From positions 35,263 through 99,262 of the forward strand of contig DFGE01000022.1 in the NCBI GenBank assembly GCA_002371675.1: a stretch of 64,000 nt of DNA, read 5' to 3'. Below, one piece after another: positions 8,910 through 16,743 of this stretch. The stretch is from Clostridiales bacterium UBA3758. Its GTDB lineage: Bacteria > Bacillota > Clostridia > Oscillospirales > Oscillospiraceae. The notes beneath the pieces were generated by a model that did no database searches, was not told the DNA's origin, and worked only from the letters and a program-made list of their open reading frames with translations. How positions within the stretch are numbered: position 1 is the stretch's first letter; each line of letters opens with the position of its first letter. Made by a program: the position numbers and the translations under genes.

Positions 8910-8911
8910 AC
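8896..8911. promoter_or_regulatory. second copy of the operator-like palindrome
   Basis: Exact repeat of the 8662-8677 16-mer, overlapping the Cro-like stop codon. Confidence 0.4.
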
Positions 8912-8931
8912 CTTAGAGGGAGGTGTGAAAG

Positions 8932-9030
8932 ATGTATGTCAACCCGTTCTGGTTCGGCTTTGTCCTCGGCGCTGTCGCCTGTACCGTCGTGATCTTTGGC
9001 ATTGCCATGATTGCGAACAGGAAGCGGTGA
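8932..9030 (+). CDS. hypothetical small membrane protein (32 aa)
   Basis: Not in the ORF track (too short). RBS gagggaggtg and one hydrophobic helix (FWFGFVLGAVACTVVIFGIAMIA). Confidence 0.4.
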   Translation: MYVNPFWFGFVLGAVACTVVIFGIAMIANRKR

Positions 9031-9033
9031 GCC

Positions 9034-9204
9034 ATGGAAGGACTGGAAACCGTGAGAATTGATCCCGCCCTCGTTCCTGACTGTGATTATGACAGAGCTT
9101 GCGCCGCGCTATATCAGAGCATCACTCAAGCGCTGGCCGATCCCAAACTCCGCCAGGAATACGAGGATTGGAAAAAGAAAAACGCGGCCTGTGCCGCGGT
9201 CTGA
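9034..9204 (+). CDS. hypothetical protein (56 aa)
   Basis: Read from the sequence; the ATG lies 4 nt after the preceding stop. Fills the gap in the operon. No recognisable motif. Confidence 0.35.
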   Translation: MEGLETVRIDPALVPDCDYDRACAALYQSITQALADPKLRQEYEDWKKKNAACAAV

Positions 9205-9218
9205 TTGGAGGTGAAGTC

Positions 9219-9578
9219 ATGGACAAGGAAAGCATTCTGCGAATGGCAGCGGGTGCAATCGAGGAGCGCGTCGACTATGAGGTCTCTCGCGTGATCGACA
9301 ACATCGTCGACGTCAACACGAATCCCACGGCCAAGCGCAAGATCACCATCACGCTCGAGTTTACCCCGGACAGCCAGCGTCAGCACATCAGTCTCAGCGC
9401 CTCGGCGAAGGCCACGCTTGCCCCGGCCCAGCCGGTCAACACCGCCATGTGCATAACCAGCGACGGCAACGGCGAAATGGTTGTTGCCGAGATGGTCCCG
9501 CACATACCCGGCCAGCTCGACATGGAGGGCAACGAGCAGCCACAGCCGAAGATTCTGAAACTGGTCGCCCAAAACTAA
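9219..9578 (+). CDS. conserved phage protein (possibly the family annotated as replication terminator protein in Firmicutes prophages)
   Basis: 119 aa from an internal ATG with RBS ttggaggtg. The family assignment is from memory only. Confidence 0.55.
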   Translation: MDKESILRMAAGAIEERVDYEVSRVIDNIVDVNTNPTAKRKITITLEFTPDSQRQHISLSASAKATLAPAQPVNTAMCITSDGNGEMVVAEMVPHIPGQLDMEGNEQPQPKILKLVAQN

Positions 9579-9595
9579 AAAAGGAGGATAAACCC

Positions 9596-10324
9596 ATGAT
9601 TGAAAAAGCCCTGCGCTATCTCGTCGGCCTCAAAGAAAACAAGACCTATGAGATCGACGGGAAAACCTACTCCGACCACAAGTTGGAGCAGATCACCGGC
9701 CTGTATCACTACCCCGCGACCGTCCACGTCGAGAGCCTGGACGCCATCGTGAAGCTGATTCGGGCCGAGTACACCGGCAAAAACCCCGATGCTCACAAGC
9801 CGCCTCTGTTCGTAAGGGTCGAAGGCCCCACATCAGTTGAGGTGTTCACCCGTCTGGATGATATCGCCTGCCGTTCCACGCCCTATGAGGCTGTGTGCCG
9901 CGACGTCAACTTCAAGGAAGGATGGCGCGGCCAGCAAGAGGCGATTATCGAGCTCCGCAGCCGGTTCATTCCCACGGACGATTCCGCTTATCTGCTGGGC
10001 CTGATCTCCCGCATCAACAATGAAGAAGGCGTCCAGAGCACCGACAACGGTGTGAGCCAAACCGTGACCGCCAAGAAGGGGGTTTCCCTGATGGCCACCG
10101 AACAGGTCAAGCCCAGGCTCTCCCTGCAGCCGTTCCGCACCTTCCGCGAGGTAGCCCAGCCCGAGAGCGAGTTCATTCTTCGCCTGGACGAAGATGGGCG
10201 CGTCGGTCTGTTCGAAGCAGACGGCGGTATCTGGAAGATCGAGGCCAAGATCAACATTGCCGCCTATCTCAGTTCTGCCCTCGCCAGCGAGGTCGAAAGC
10301 GGCGTGGTTGTCGTGATGATCTGA
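9596..10324 (+). CDS. hypothetical phage protein
   Basis: 242 aa from an internal ATG with RBS aaggagga. No motif recognised. Confidence 0.6.
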   Translation: MIEKALRYLVGLKENKTYEIDGKTYSDHKLEQITGLYHYPATVHVESLDAIVKLIRAEYTGKNPDAHKPPLFVRVEGPTSVEVFTRLDDIACRSTPYEAVCRDVNFKEGWRGQQEAIIELRSRFIPTDDSAYLLGLISRINNEEGVQSTDNGVSQTVTAKKGVSLMATEQVKPRLSLQPFRTFREVAQPESEFILRLDEDGRVGLFEADGGIWKIEAKINIAAYLSSALASEVESGVVVVMI

Positions 10325-10334
10325 GGTCTGCGCC

Positions 10335-10958
10335 ATGAGTACCGAAAGGAAAATGGAAAACACCCCTGCTGCAACAGGGGTGTCTTCCGAAAGATCATGC
10401 GCTGTCGTTGATACCGACGCCATGATTCTACCATCCGATGTGCCGGATGTCAACGAGGATTGTTTCCGGCTCCCTGATCTGCTGCGGCGCACCGGCGTTC
10501 AGGCGAAAGAGGCCGCTGCCGTCATTCAGCAGAGGTTTCCGAAGTTCACGCGCCAGATCTTCAGTCAGTGCAGCTCCCCGGAGAAATACGGGTGCATCGT
10601 TCATCCTGGCGTGATCCGCATTCTCCGGGACGCATACGGGATCGGCCCCGCCGACGATGCGCCGGTCTTTCCCAAACTGCCGGACAGCGAGAAGCCACCC
10701 ACGCAATGCGAGACGGTCCTGAAACATATCCGCGTCTTTGGCTCCATCACGGCTCTGGAAGCTCAAAGGGCCTATGGGATCATGCGGCTCGCCTCCCGGA
10801 TCTCCGATCTTCGGAGGCTCGGCTATTCGTTCCGCGTGGTCACCGAGACCGGCAAAAACCGCTACGGCGAGAGCACCAACTACGCCCGGTATTTTCTTCC
10901 CGAGGCCGGAGGAATTGCAGCCCGGCCCGAGCCTATCAACATTGAGAAAGGATTGTGA
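10335..10958 (+). CDS. phage protein with a C-terminal winged-helix/HTH-like domain
   Basis: 207 aa. The C-terminal segment VLKHIRVFGSITALEAQRAYGIMRLASRISDLRRLGY resembles helix-turn-helix DNA-binding modules. Confidence 0.55.
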   Translation: MSTERKMENTPAATGVSSERSCAVVDTDAMILPSDVPDVNEDCFRLPDLLRRTGVQAKEAAAVIQQRFPKFTRQIFSQCSSPEKYGCIVHPGVIRILRDAYGIGPADDAPVFPKLPDSEKPPTQCETVLKHIRVFGSITALEAQRAYGIMRLASRISDLRRLGYSFRVVTETGKNRYGESTNYARYFLPEAGGIAARPEPINIEKGL

Positions 10959-10962
10959 ATCA

Positions 10963-11454
10963 ATGAACATCTATGAGATCGACAAAGCCATCGAGGAGCT
11001 GATCGCCTCATCCATCGACCCGGAAACCGGGGAGCTGATGATCGAGGACGCGGCCCTCGATGAATTGCAGATGGAACGCACGGCCAAGGTTGAAAACCTG
11101 GCCCTGTACATCAAGAACAGCGCCGCCCTCGCCGCCGGTATCCGTCAGGAGGAGGCGGCCCTCGCGGATCGCCGCCGGGCAATCGAGCGCAAGGTTGACC
11201 GTTTGAAGCGGTATCTGGACTACGCTCTCGGCGGCCAGAAGTTCACGACCGAGAAAGTCGCCTGCACCTTCCGAAAGAGCGAAAGCGTGGAGATCGCCCC
11301 CGAGTTCATCGAGTGGGCCGCCGCCAATGACGCCTCCCTGCTTCGCATGAAGGAGCCGGAAGCCGACAAGGCCGCCATCAAGAAACTGCTGAAAGACGGC
11401 GCGGAGATCCCCTATGCCGCGCTGGTCACGAAGCAGAGCATCACCATCAAGTGA
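10963..11454 (+). CDS. siphovirus Gp157-like protein
   Basis: 163 aa, coiled-coil sequence typical of Sipho_Gp157 (MNIYEIDKAIEEL...). Precedes the annealase and SSB genes, as in Sfi21-like modules. Confidence 0.65.
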   Translation: MNIYEIDKAIEELIASSIDPETGELMIEDAALDELQMERTAKVENLALYIKNSAALAAGIRQEEAALADRRRAIERKVDRLKRYLDYALGGQKFTTEKVACTFRKSESVEIAPEFIEWAAANDASLLRMKEPEADKAAIKKLLKDGAEIPYAALVTKQSITIK

Positions 11455-11465
11455 GGAGGGCCGGT

Positions 11466-12113
11466 ATGGATAATCCGAATATGGCCTTGTATGAGCGCCT
11501 CCGCTCCGTGCCGGAAGAGGCAAAGAAGCCCATCACAGCAGGCCGCCTTAAAGGCTTTACCGATATTAACCCCATGTGGCGGATCAAGGTACTCACCGAG
11601 GCTTTCGGCCCATGCGGGATCGGCTGGTGGTACAAGATCACGGACAAGCATCTCGAGGGCAACGGTCAGGAAATCCGGGCCTTTGTGGATATCGAACTCT
11701 ACTACCGCTGGAACGGCGAGGTCTCTCAGCCTGTCCCCGGTACGGGCGGCGCTTCTTTCCTCACCATGGAGAAAAACGGGGCCTACACCAGCGACGAATG
11801 CTACAAGATGGCCCTCACCGATGCGATCTCGGTAGCTGCAAAGGCGCTCGGCGTCGCCGCTGATGTGTTCTATGCCAAAGACCGCGATAAATACACGCAA
11901 CGAGAGGATGATCCCCCGCGCCCGCAGGGTCAGCAGCAGCCTCCGCAGCAGCGGCAGCCCGCCCAGCGCCCCGCTCCGCAGCAGAACCCTCCCGAGGAAG
12001 GATTTGTTCCCACCTGTGCCGATTGCGGCGTGAAGATCGATGATCGTGTTCACGATTATTCCGTCAGGCGCTTCGGTCGCCCCCTCTGCCGTGATTGCCA
12101 GAAGAAGGCATGA
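11466..12113 (+). CDS. putative single-strand annealing protein (Rad52/Sak-like) with a C-terminal zinc ribbon
   Basis: 215 aa. Sits between the Gp157-like gene and SSB; conserved N-terminal core (GRLKGFTDINPMWRIKVLTEAFGPCGIGW); C-terminal CxxC...CxxC. Confidence 0.5.
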   Translation: MDNPNMALYERLRSVPEEAKKPITAGRLKGFTDINPMWRIKVLTEAFGPCGIGWWYKITDKHLEGNGQEIRAFVDIELYYRWNGEVSQPVPGTGGASFLTMEKNGAYTSDECYKMALTDAISVAAKALGVAADVFYAKDRDKYTQREDDPPRPQGQQQPPQQRQPAQRPAPQQNPPEEGFVPTCADCGVKIDDRVHDYSVRRFGRPLCRDCQKKA

Positions 12114-12625
12114 AGGGCCGCCTGATAGATTTCTCCTTCGGTTTTAACCGCAAGCAGCGCGTCACCATTGAGCTTGACACCGACTTCCGTGAGGGCTTTG
12201 ACGCCCTCAAGGGAGCCGATGTCGAGGTCAGCATCAAGAAGTGGCGAGCCCGCCGCTCCCTCGATGCAAACGCCTATTTCCATGTCCTTGTGAACGCTAT
12301 CGCAGAGGCCAGGGGCATAGGCGATGAAGAAGTGAAGCGGGAGCTGGTGCTGGAATACGGCGTCGTGGCCCGCGACGATGACGGGAACAAACTCGGCAGC
12401 ATGCTCCCTGCCGGGGTGGACGCCTCCCTCTACTACAAGTATGCGAAATGGTACAAGAGCATGGAGGTCAACGGGAAAGAGGTTGACTGCTACCTGTTCT
12501 ATAAGCCCACGCACGAGATGGACACGAAGGAGATGGCCCGGCTGATCGACGGGACAATAGAGGTCGCCAAGGATCTCAACATCGAAACCGATACCCCGGA
12601 GCAGAAAGCGAGGTTTTACCAGTGA
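12110..12625 (+). CDS. hypothetical recombination-module protein (NinB-like RSLDAN motif)
   Basis: 171 aa. ATGA start/stop overlap with the upstream gene. The motif RSLDANAYFHVL resembles NinB/Orf-type proteins. Weak call. Confidence 0.5.
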   Translation: MKGRLIDFSFGFNRKQRVTIELDTDFREGFDALKGADVEVSIKKWRARRSLDANAYFHVLVNAIAEARGIGDEEVKRELVLEYGVVARDDDGNKLGSMLPAGVDASLYYKYAKWYKSMEVNGKEVDCYLFYKPTHEMDTKEMARLIDGTIEVAKDLNIETDTPEQKARFYQ

Positions 12626-12999
12626 AAAAGGTCTTTTGCGATTACTGCGGACGCCGGGCCGAATACGTGGACAGCAAGGTGGTCTACGGCAAGAGCTACG
12701 GCATGATCTACCTCTGCCGTAACTGCATGGCCTATGTCGGCGTGCATAAGGGAACAGACAAGCCACTGGGCCGCCTGGCGAATGCGGAGCTGCGCCATTG
12801 GAAAATGCAGGCCCACGCCGCCTTTGATCCCCTCTGGCAACATGGCCCCTACAAGGGGCGCAGAAACGGGGCTTATGCGTGGCTCGCCTCGCAGATGGGC
12901 CTCCCGGTAGAAAAAACGCACATCGGCATGTTCGATGTGCAGCAATGCAAGCGGGTCATTCAGATCTGCAAAGAAAGGAGTTTTAACTATGGAAAATAA
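12622..12999 (+). CDS. zinc-finger protein, DUF3268-like
   Basis: 125 aa, GTG start with RBS gagg. Contains CDYCG...CRNC, a pattern recalled for DUF3268. Confidence 0.55.
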   Translation: MKKVFCDYCGRRAEYVDSKVVYGKSYGMIYLCRNCMAYVGVHKGTDKPLGRLANAELRHWKMQAHAAFDPLWQHGPYKGRRNGAYAWLASQMGLPVEKTHIGMFDVQQCKRVIQICKERSFNYGK

Positions 13000-13174
13000 C
13001 AACGCCCCCACCATCGAGATCACCGTCGCCGAGTACACCGAACTCGTCAGAGCGAAACTCGGTATCGACATGATCGGCAGCTCTCTCGGCAAGTATGGCC
13101 CTGACGATAGCGTTGTAAAGGCCGTCTGCAAGCCCTTTGGCTATGAGTACAAGGAGGACGGCGACGATGCTTAA
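12989..13174 (+). CDS. hypothetical protein (61 aa)
   Basis: Internal ATG with RBS aaaggag. Overlaps neighbouring genes by a few nt. Confidence 0.45.
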   Translation: MENNNAPTIEITVAEYTELVRAKLGIDMIGSSLGKYGPDDSVVKAVCKPFGYEYKEDGDDA

Positions 13175-13673
13175 CCACATCGTGATCATGGGCCGTCTGA
13201 CCCGCGACCCGGAACTCCGCTACACGCAGAGCAATACGCCGGTCGCCAGTTTTACGCTCGCCGTCGACCGCGACTATTCGCCCCAGGGCGGCGAGCGCGA
13301 GACGGATTTCATTGATTGCGTAGCCTGGCGCGGCACCGCCGAGTTCGCGGACAAATATTTCTTCAAGGGCCAGATGGCCGTCGTATCCGGCAGGCTGCAG
13401 AGCCGCAAGTGGCAGGATCGGGACAACAACAGCCGCACGAGCTGGGAGATCAATGTTTCCAACCTGTACTTCGGCGAAAAGAAAGAAAGCAGCCGTGGCA
13501 GTTATTCCAGCGACAGCTATAGTCAGCCCGCTCCGCCTCCTGCACAGCAGTACAGCAGAGGCCCCGGCAATTATGGCAATCCGAATGTCGAGCCACCGAG
13601 CAACGACGGCTTCCCGCCGCAGCAGCAGACTTTCAGAGACCTCGACGATGATGACGGCGAGCTGCCGTTCTAA
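13167..13673 (+). CDS. ssb: single-stranded DNA-binding protein
   Basis: OB-fold N-terminus (MLNHIVIMGRLTRDPELRYT), Gly/Pro/Gln-rich linker and acidic tail DDDGELPF. RBS aaggagga. Confidence 0.9.
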   Translation: MLNHIVIMGRLTRDPELRYTQSNTPVASFTLAVDRDYSPQGGERETDFIDCVAWRGTAEFADKYFFKGQMAVVSGRLQSRKWQDRDNNSRTSWEINVSNLYFGEKKESSRGSYSSDSYSQPAPPPAQQYSRGPGNYGNPNVEPPSNDGFPPQQQTFRDLDDDDGELPF

Positions 13674-13685
13674 GGAGTGACCGCA

Positions 13686-14429
13686 ATGGCGCGTGAATAC
13701 TTCTGCGCCTATCACAGTCTTCTGGAAAGCCTAACGCCTTACGGTGACGCAGAGGTCGGGCGTCTTTTCCGCGCATGTCTGCAATATAGCATGACCGGCG
13801 AAGACCCTGACCTTCGCGGGAACGAAAGGTTTATATGGCCTACCTTGAAGCAAGGGATAGACCGGGACAAAAGTTCATACGAGGCCACATGTTTAAAAAA
13901 CAGGGAAAACGGCTCCAAAGGCGGCAGACCTCCGAAAAACCGAGAAAACCCACCGGTTTTTGAAGAAACCAAAAAAAGCCAAGAAGAAGGAGAAGGAGAA
14001 GAAGAAGGAAAAGAAGATTTTTCTCCTGATCCCGTACCCGCGGAAGGACGCGCGGGCGCGTGCGACCCGAATCTCGGAAAGGTTATGTCGTTCTTCATGG
14101 ATCGTGTCAATCCCTCGCCCTCGCCCATCGCAATCGGGGATATTCAGTTTTTCCTGTATCAGGCAAACCTCGATGCTGACGTTATGATCCACGCCATGCA
14201 GATCGCCATCGACGAGCGGAAAAACTCATGGTCATACATCAAGGCTATTCTGCAGCGGTACGCCAACACTGGCCTTAATACCATGAACGCTGTGCTCAAT
14301 GACGAACAGCAGCGAGCCGCCGCCCGCGCATCCGGTGGCAGGCAAGCAAAGCCGCCGAGATCTTCAAAGGGGCAGGACGCCGTTTCTGATCTGCTCGCCC
14401 TGCACAGTCGGTACAAGGAGGAATCATGA
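13686..14429 (+). CDS. DnaD-domain replisome organizer
   Basis: C-terminal DnaD-like domain (ERKNSWSYIKAILQRY). ATG at 13686 with RBS aaggag; the track start at 13677 is GTG. Confidence 0.7.
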   Translation: MAREYFCAYHSLLESLTPYGDAEVGRLFRACLQYSMTGEDPDLRGNERFIWPTLKQGIDRDKSSYEATCLKNRENGSKGGRPPKNRENPPVFEETKKSQEEGEGEEEGKEDFSPDPVPAEGRAGACDPNLGKVMSFFMDRVNPSPSPIAIGDIQFFLYQANLDADVMIHAMQIAIDERKNSWSYIKAILQRYANTGLNTMNAVLNDEQQRAAARASGGRQAKPPRSSKGQDAVSDLLALHSRYKEES

Positions 14430-14965
14430 CTAAACTTGAGATTGCCGAGATCTTCGCGGTATGGGCGCTCAACGGCAACTGGGCTGCCTCCGAACTGTTC
14501 CAGGGCGACCAGCAGATGAAAGATCTCCGGATCAGCCTTTATGCGGAGCAGCTCTCCGATATCGACTACTGGCAAGGGCTTCTCGGAGCGTCCCACTCTC
14601 TCAAAACGAGACGCTTTCCGCCTAATATTGCCGAGTTCTCAGAGGATATCAAGACAGCGGTCGAAAAAACGGAATCCGAAATCAGCTACGCATATCTTGC
14701 CGCACGAAATGCTGTTCGGATTGCAGAAGACCTCGGACTTGACGTGCAGGAAGCAATCGAAAGGCTCCCACAGCGAACGAAAACCGTTATACGGGTTATG
14801 GGCGGTCTGGACGCTTTCGCCCCAAAAGATAGCCGTGTTTTCAACATGGACGGCTTCGAAACCACATACCGTTCTCTTTTGAGGAAGAGGAACGCACTCA
14901 CAGGAGAAAAATACACGGAACTCCCTGCCGAGCATAAGGCTCTGCCGGGATCAAAGAAAGGATAA
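14426..14965 (+). CDS. hypothetical replication-module protein (possible helicase loader)
   Basis: 179 aa, start overlaps the organizer stop. The function is suggested by position only. Confidence 0.5.
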   Translation: MTKLEIAEIFAVWALNGNWAASELFQGDQQMKDLRISLYAEQLSDIDYWQGLLGASHSLKTRRFPPNIAEFSEDIKTAVEKTESEISYAYLAARNAVRIAEDLGLDVQEAIERLPQRTKTVIRVMGGLDAFAPKDSRVFNMDGFETTYRSLLRKRNALTGEKYTELPAEHKALPGSKKG

Positions 14966-14969
14966 GAAC

Positions 14970-15332
14970 ATGAACAAAACCAAATCCACCTTCGTGACCA
15001 TCATCATTGCCGTCATGCTGGCCATCATCACGGCTGGTCTGTACAAGCTGTTTCTTCCCGGCTTCATTGCCATCACCGGCACTCTCGCCGCCTACGGCTT
15101 CTTTCACAGCGCGTCCGATTTCAACCGCTGGCTTCGCAAGGAGCCGCCCCTTACCGTCGCGGAGCTGCCGGGCGGAAGGCCCGAGACGTTTTACGACTGG
15201 GAAAAGGACGCGGAGATTGCCCCCGTAAACCTGGCGCAGGCTGATCCGCTGCCGAAGCAGACCGCCGAGGAAATCAATCAGGCCGTTACCGAGATCATTG
15301 AGGAAATGAAAAACTCTCCCGCTGGCGCATGA
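14970..15332 (+). CDS. membrane protein
   Basis: 120 aa with two N-terminal hydrophobic helices. Confidence 0.5.
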   Translation: MNKTKSTFVTIIIAVMLAIITAGLYKLFLPGFIAITGTLAAYGFFHSASDFNRWLRKEPPLTVAELPGGRPETFYDWEKDAEIAPVNLAQADPLPKQTAEEINQAVTEIIEEMKNSPAGA

Positions 15333-15357
15333 GCGCAGCGGCAAAGGAAGTGGAACT

Positions 15358-15906
15358 ATGGATTTTACCCCGGAGCAGCTAAAGCAGCTCATGAGAGAGG
15401 CCATCCGAGAGGAACGGGAGGCCGAACGCCGGGAGCTTCAGGAAGTGGCCGACCGGCGGCTCCATAACACGGAGCTTCTTCTTCGCAATTACAAATATCT
15501 CAAAGCCCACGCGGAAAACGCCGTGTATGAGGCCGAGGAAGTCGAATCCGCTCAGGATATCCTTCAAGACCTCATGCTTGGCCGGAACTCCGTCACGGTT
15601 GAGAGCATCAAGCGGTCGGCAGCTCGGACCGTCGTGATTATGAATCATGTGGATCGAATGCTGAACGCCTATGAATCCATCTGCCTCAATTCGAGCCGTG
15701 ACACCGATCCCCGCAAATGGGACGCCATCTACAGCAAGTATATCCGGGAGCCGCAGCTCTCCGTTGCGGAGATTGCACGCAATCACGGAGTGGTCGAACA
15801 GGTGATCTATGACGATCTCCGAGACGCAAAGACTTTCCTCGGGGTGCTGTTTTTCGGGATCGACGGCGTTCCTGATCGCAGGAAAAAGAAAGGAAAGAGA
15901 CCATGA
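15358..15906 (+). CDS. putative sigma-70 region-4 / ArpU-like transcriptional regulator
   Basis: 182 aa. The C-terminal HTH-like segment LSVAEIARNHGVVEQVIYDDLRDAK resembles sigma region 4. Confidence 0.45.
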   Translation: MDFTPEQLKQLMREAIREEREAERRELQEVADRRLHNTELLLRNYKYLKAHAENAVYEAEEVESAQDILQDLMLGRNSVTVESIKRSAARTVVIMNHVDRMLNAYESICLNSSRDTDPRKWDAIYSKYIREPQLSVAEIARNHGVVEQVIYDDLRDAKTFLGVLFFGIDGVPDRRKKKGKRP

Positions 15907-16250
15907 TTAAACAGGCCCTTAACATTCTCGGCACGGAATACACCCTCTGCATTGCCACCGTCCGGGAGGACACCTCTCTGAAAGAAATGGACGGCTACTG
16001 CGACAAAACCGTGAAAAAGATCGTAGTTCTCGCCGAAGACGAAGATGCTGGCGTTACCAGCGTCCAGGACTTCGCTGTTTACCAGCGGAAGGTCATGCGC
16101 CACGAGATCATCCACGCTTTTCTGTTCGAGAGCGGTCTTCATGAGAATTGGGATCATAAGGTCGGCCACGATGAAACCTATGTGGACTGGATCGCTACCC
16201 AATGGCCGAAGATGGCAGCGGTGTTCAAGGAGGCCGGGTGCGATGGCTAA
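15903..16250 (+). CDS. small HExxH zinc metallopeptidase-like protein
   Basis: 115 aa with HEIIH followed by FESG. ATGA overlap with the upstream regulator gene. Confidence 0.55.
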   Translation: MIKQALNILGTEYTLCIATVREDTSLKEMDGYCDKTVKKIVVLAEDEDAGVTSVQDFAVYQRKVMRHEIIHAFLFESGLHENWDHKVGHDETYVDWIATQWPKMAAVFKEAGCDG

Positions 16251-16551
16251 GAGGAGCGGTTTTCTCGCCCGCATGGAATCTGCCAAGGAGCGCAGCAACA
16301 AGGAAACGCTGTTCTTCACCCGGCAGAATATGTGCGATATCGCCCTGCTGGTTCTGCATGAGGAGTTCGGCTTCGGCCCGGAACGTCTGATGCGCTTCTG
16401 TAAGGCCATCTCCAAGAAATACGGCGACTTTGCCGATCTCTGGAACGGCGACACAAAGGACGTGGAATACAGCAAGGCCGTCCTTGACCGGGCGCTCAAA
16501 CAGATCTGCGGCAAGTATTTCATCCCGTGGGATGAACGGTACACGATGTAG
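16243..16551 (+). CDS. hypothetical protein
   Basis: 102 aa from an internal ATG that overlaps the preceding stop. The upstream part of the track ORF overlaps the peptidase gene out of frame. Confidence 0.5.
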   Translation: MAKRSGFLARMESAKERSNKETLFFTRQNMCDIALLVLHEEFGFGPERLMRFCKAISKKYGDFADLWNGDTKDVEYSKAVLDRALKQICGKYFIPWDERYTM

Positions 16552-16560
16552 GAGGTGGGC

Positions 16561-16743
16561 ATGGGCACGACAAAAACAAGCACCCTTGTTAGAAACCCGA
16601 ACGGGCTTTACCACCTCAGGATCACCAACGAGAGCCGGAAGATCGAAGTCGAGGTCGACAACATTCTTTTCGACGATGCTATTTGCCTGATCGAAAGCTA
16701 TATGACGAACGGAGAGGAGGCCATTCTCGATGACCTACCTTGA
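16561..16743 (+). CDS. hypothetical protein (60 aa)
   Basis: ATG with RBS aggagg. Confidence 0.4.
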   Translation: MGTTKTSTLVRNPNGLYHLRITNESRKIEVEVDNILFDDAICLIESYMTNGEEAILDDLP

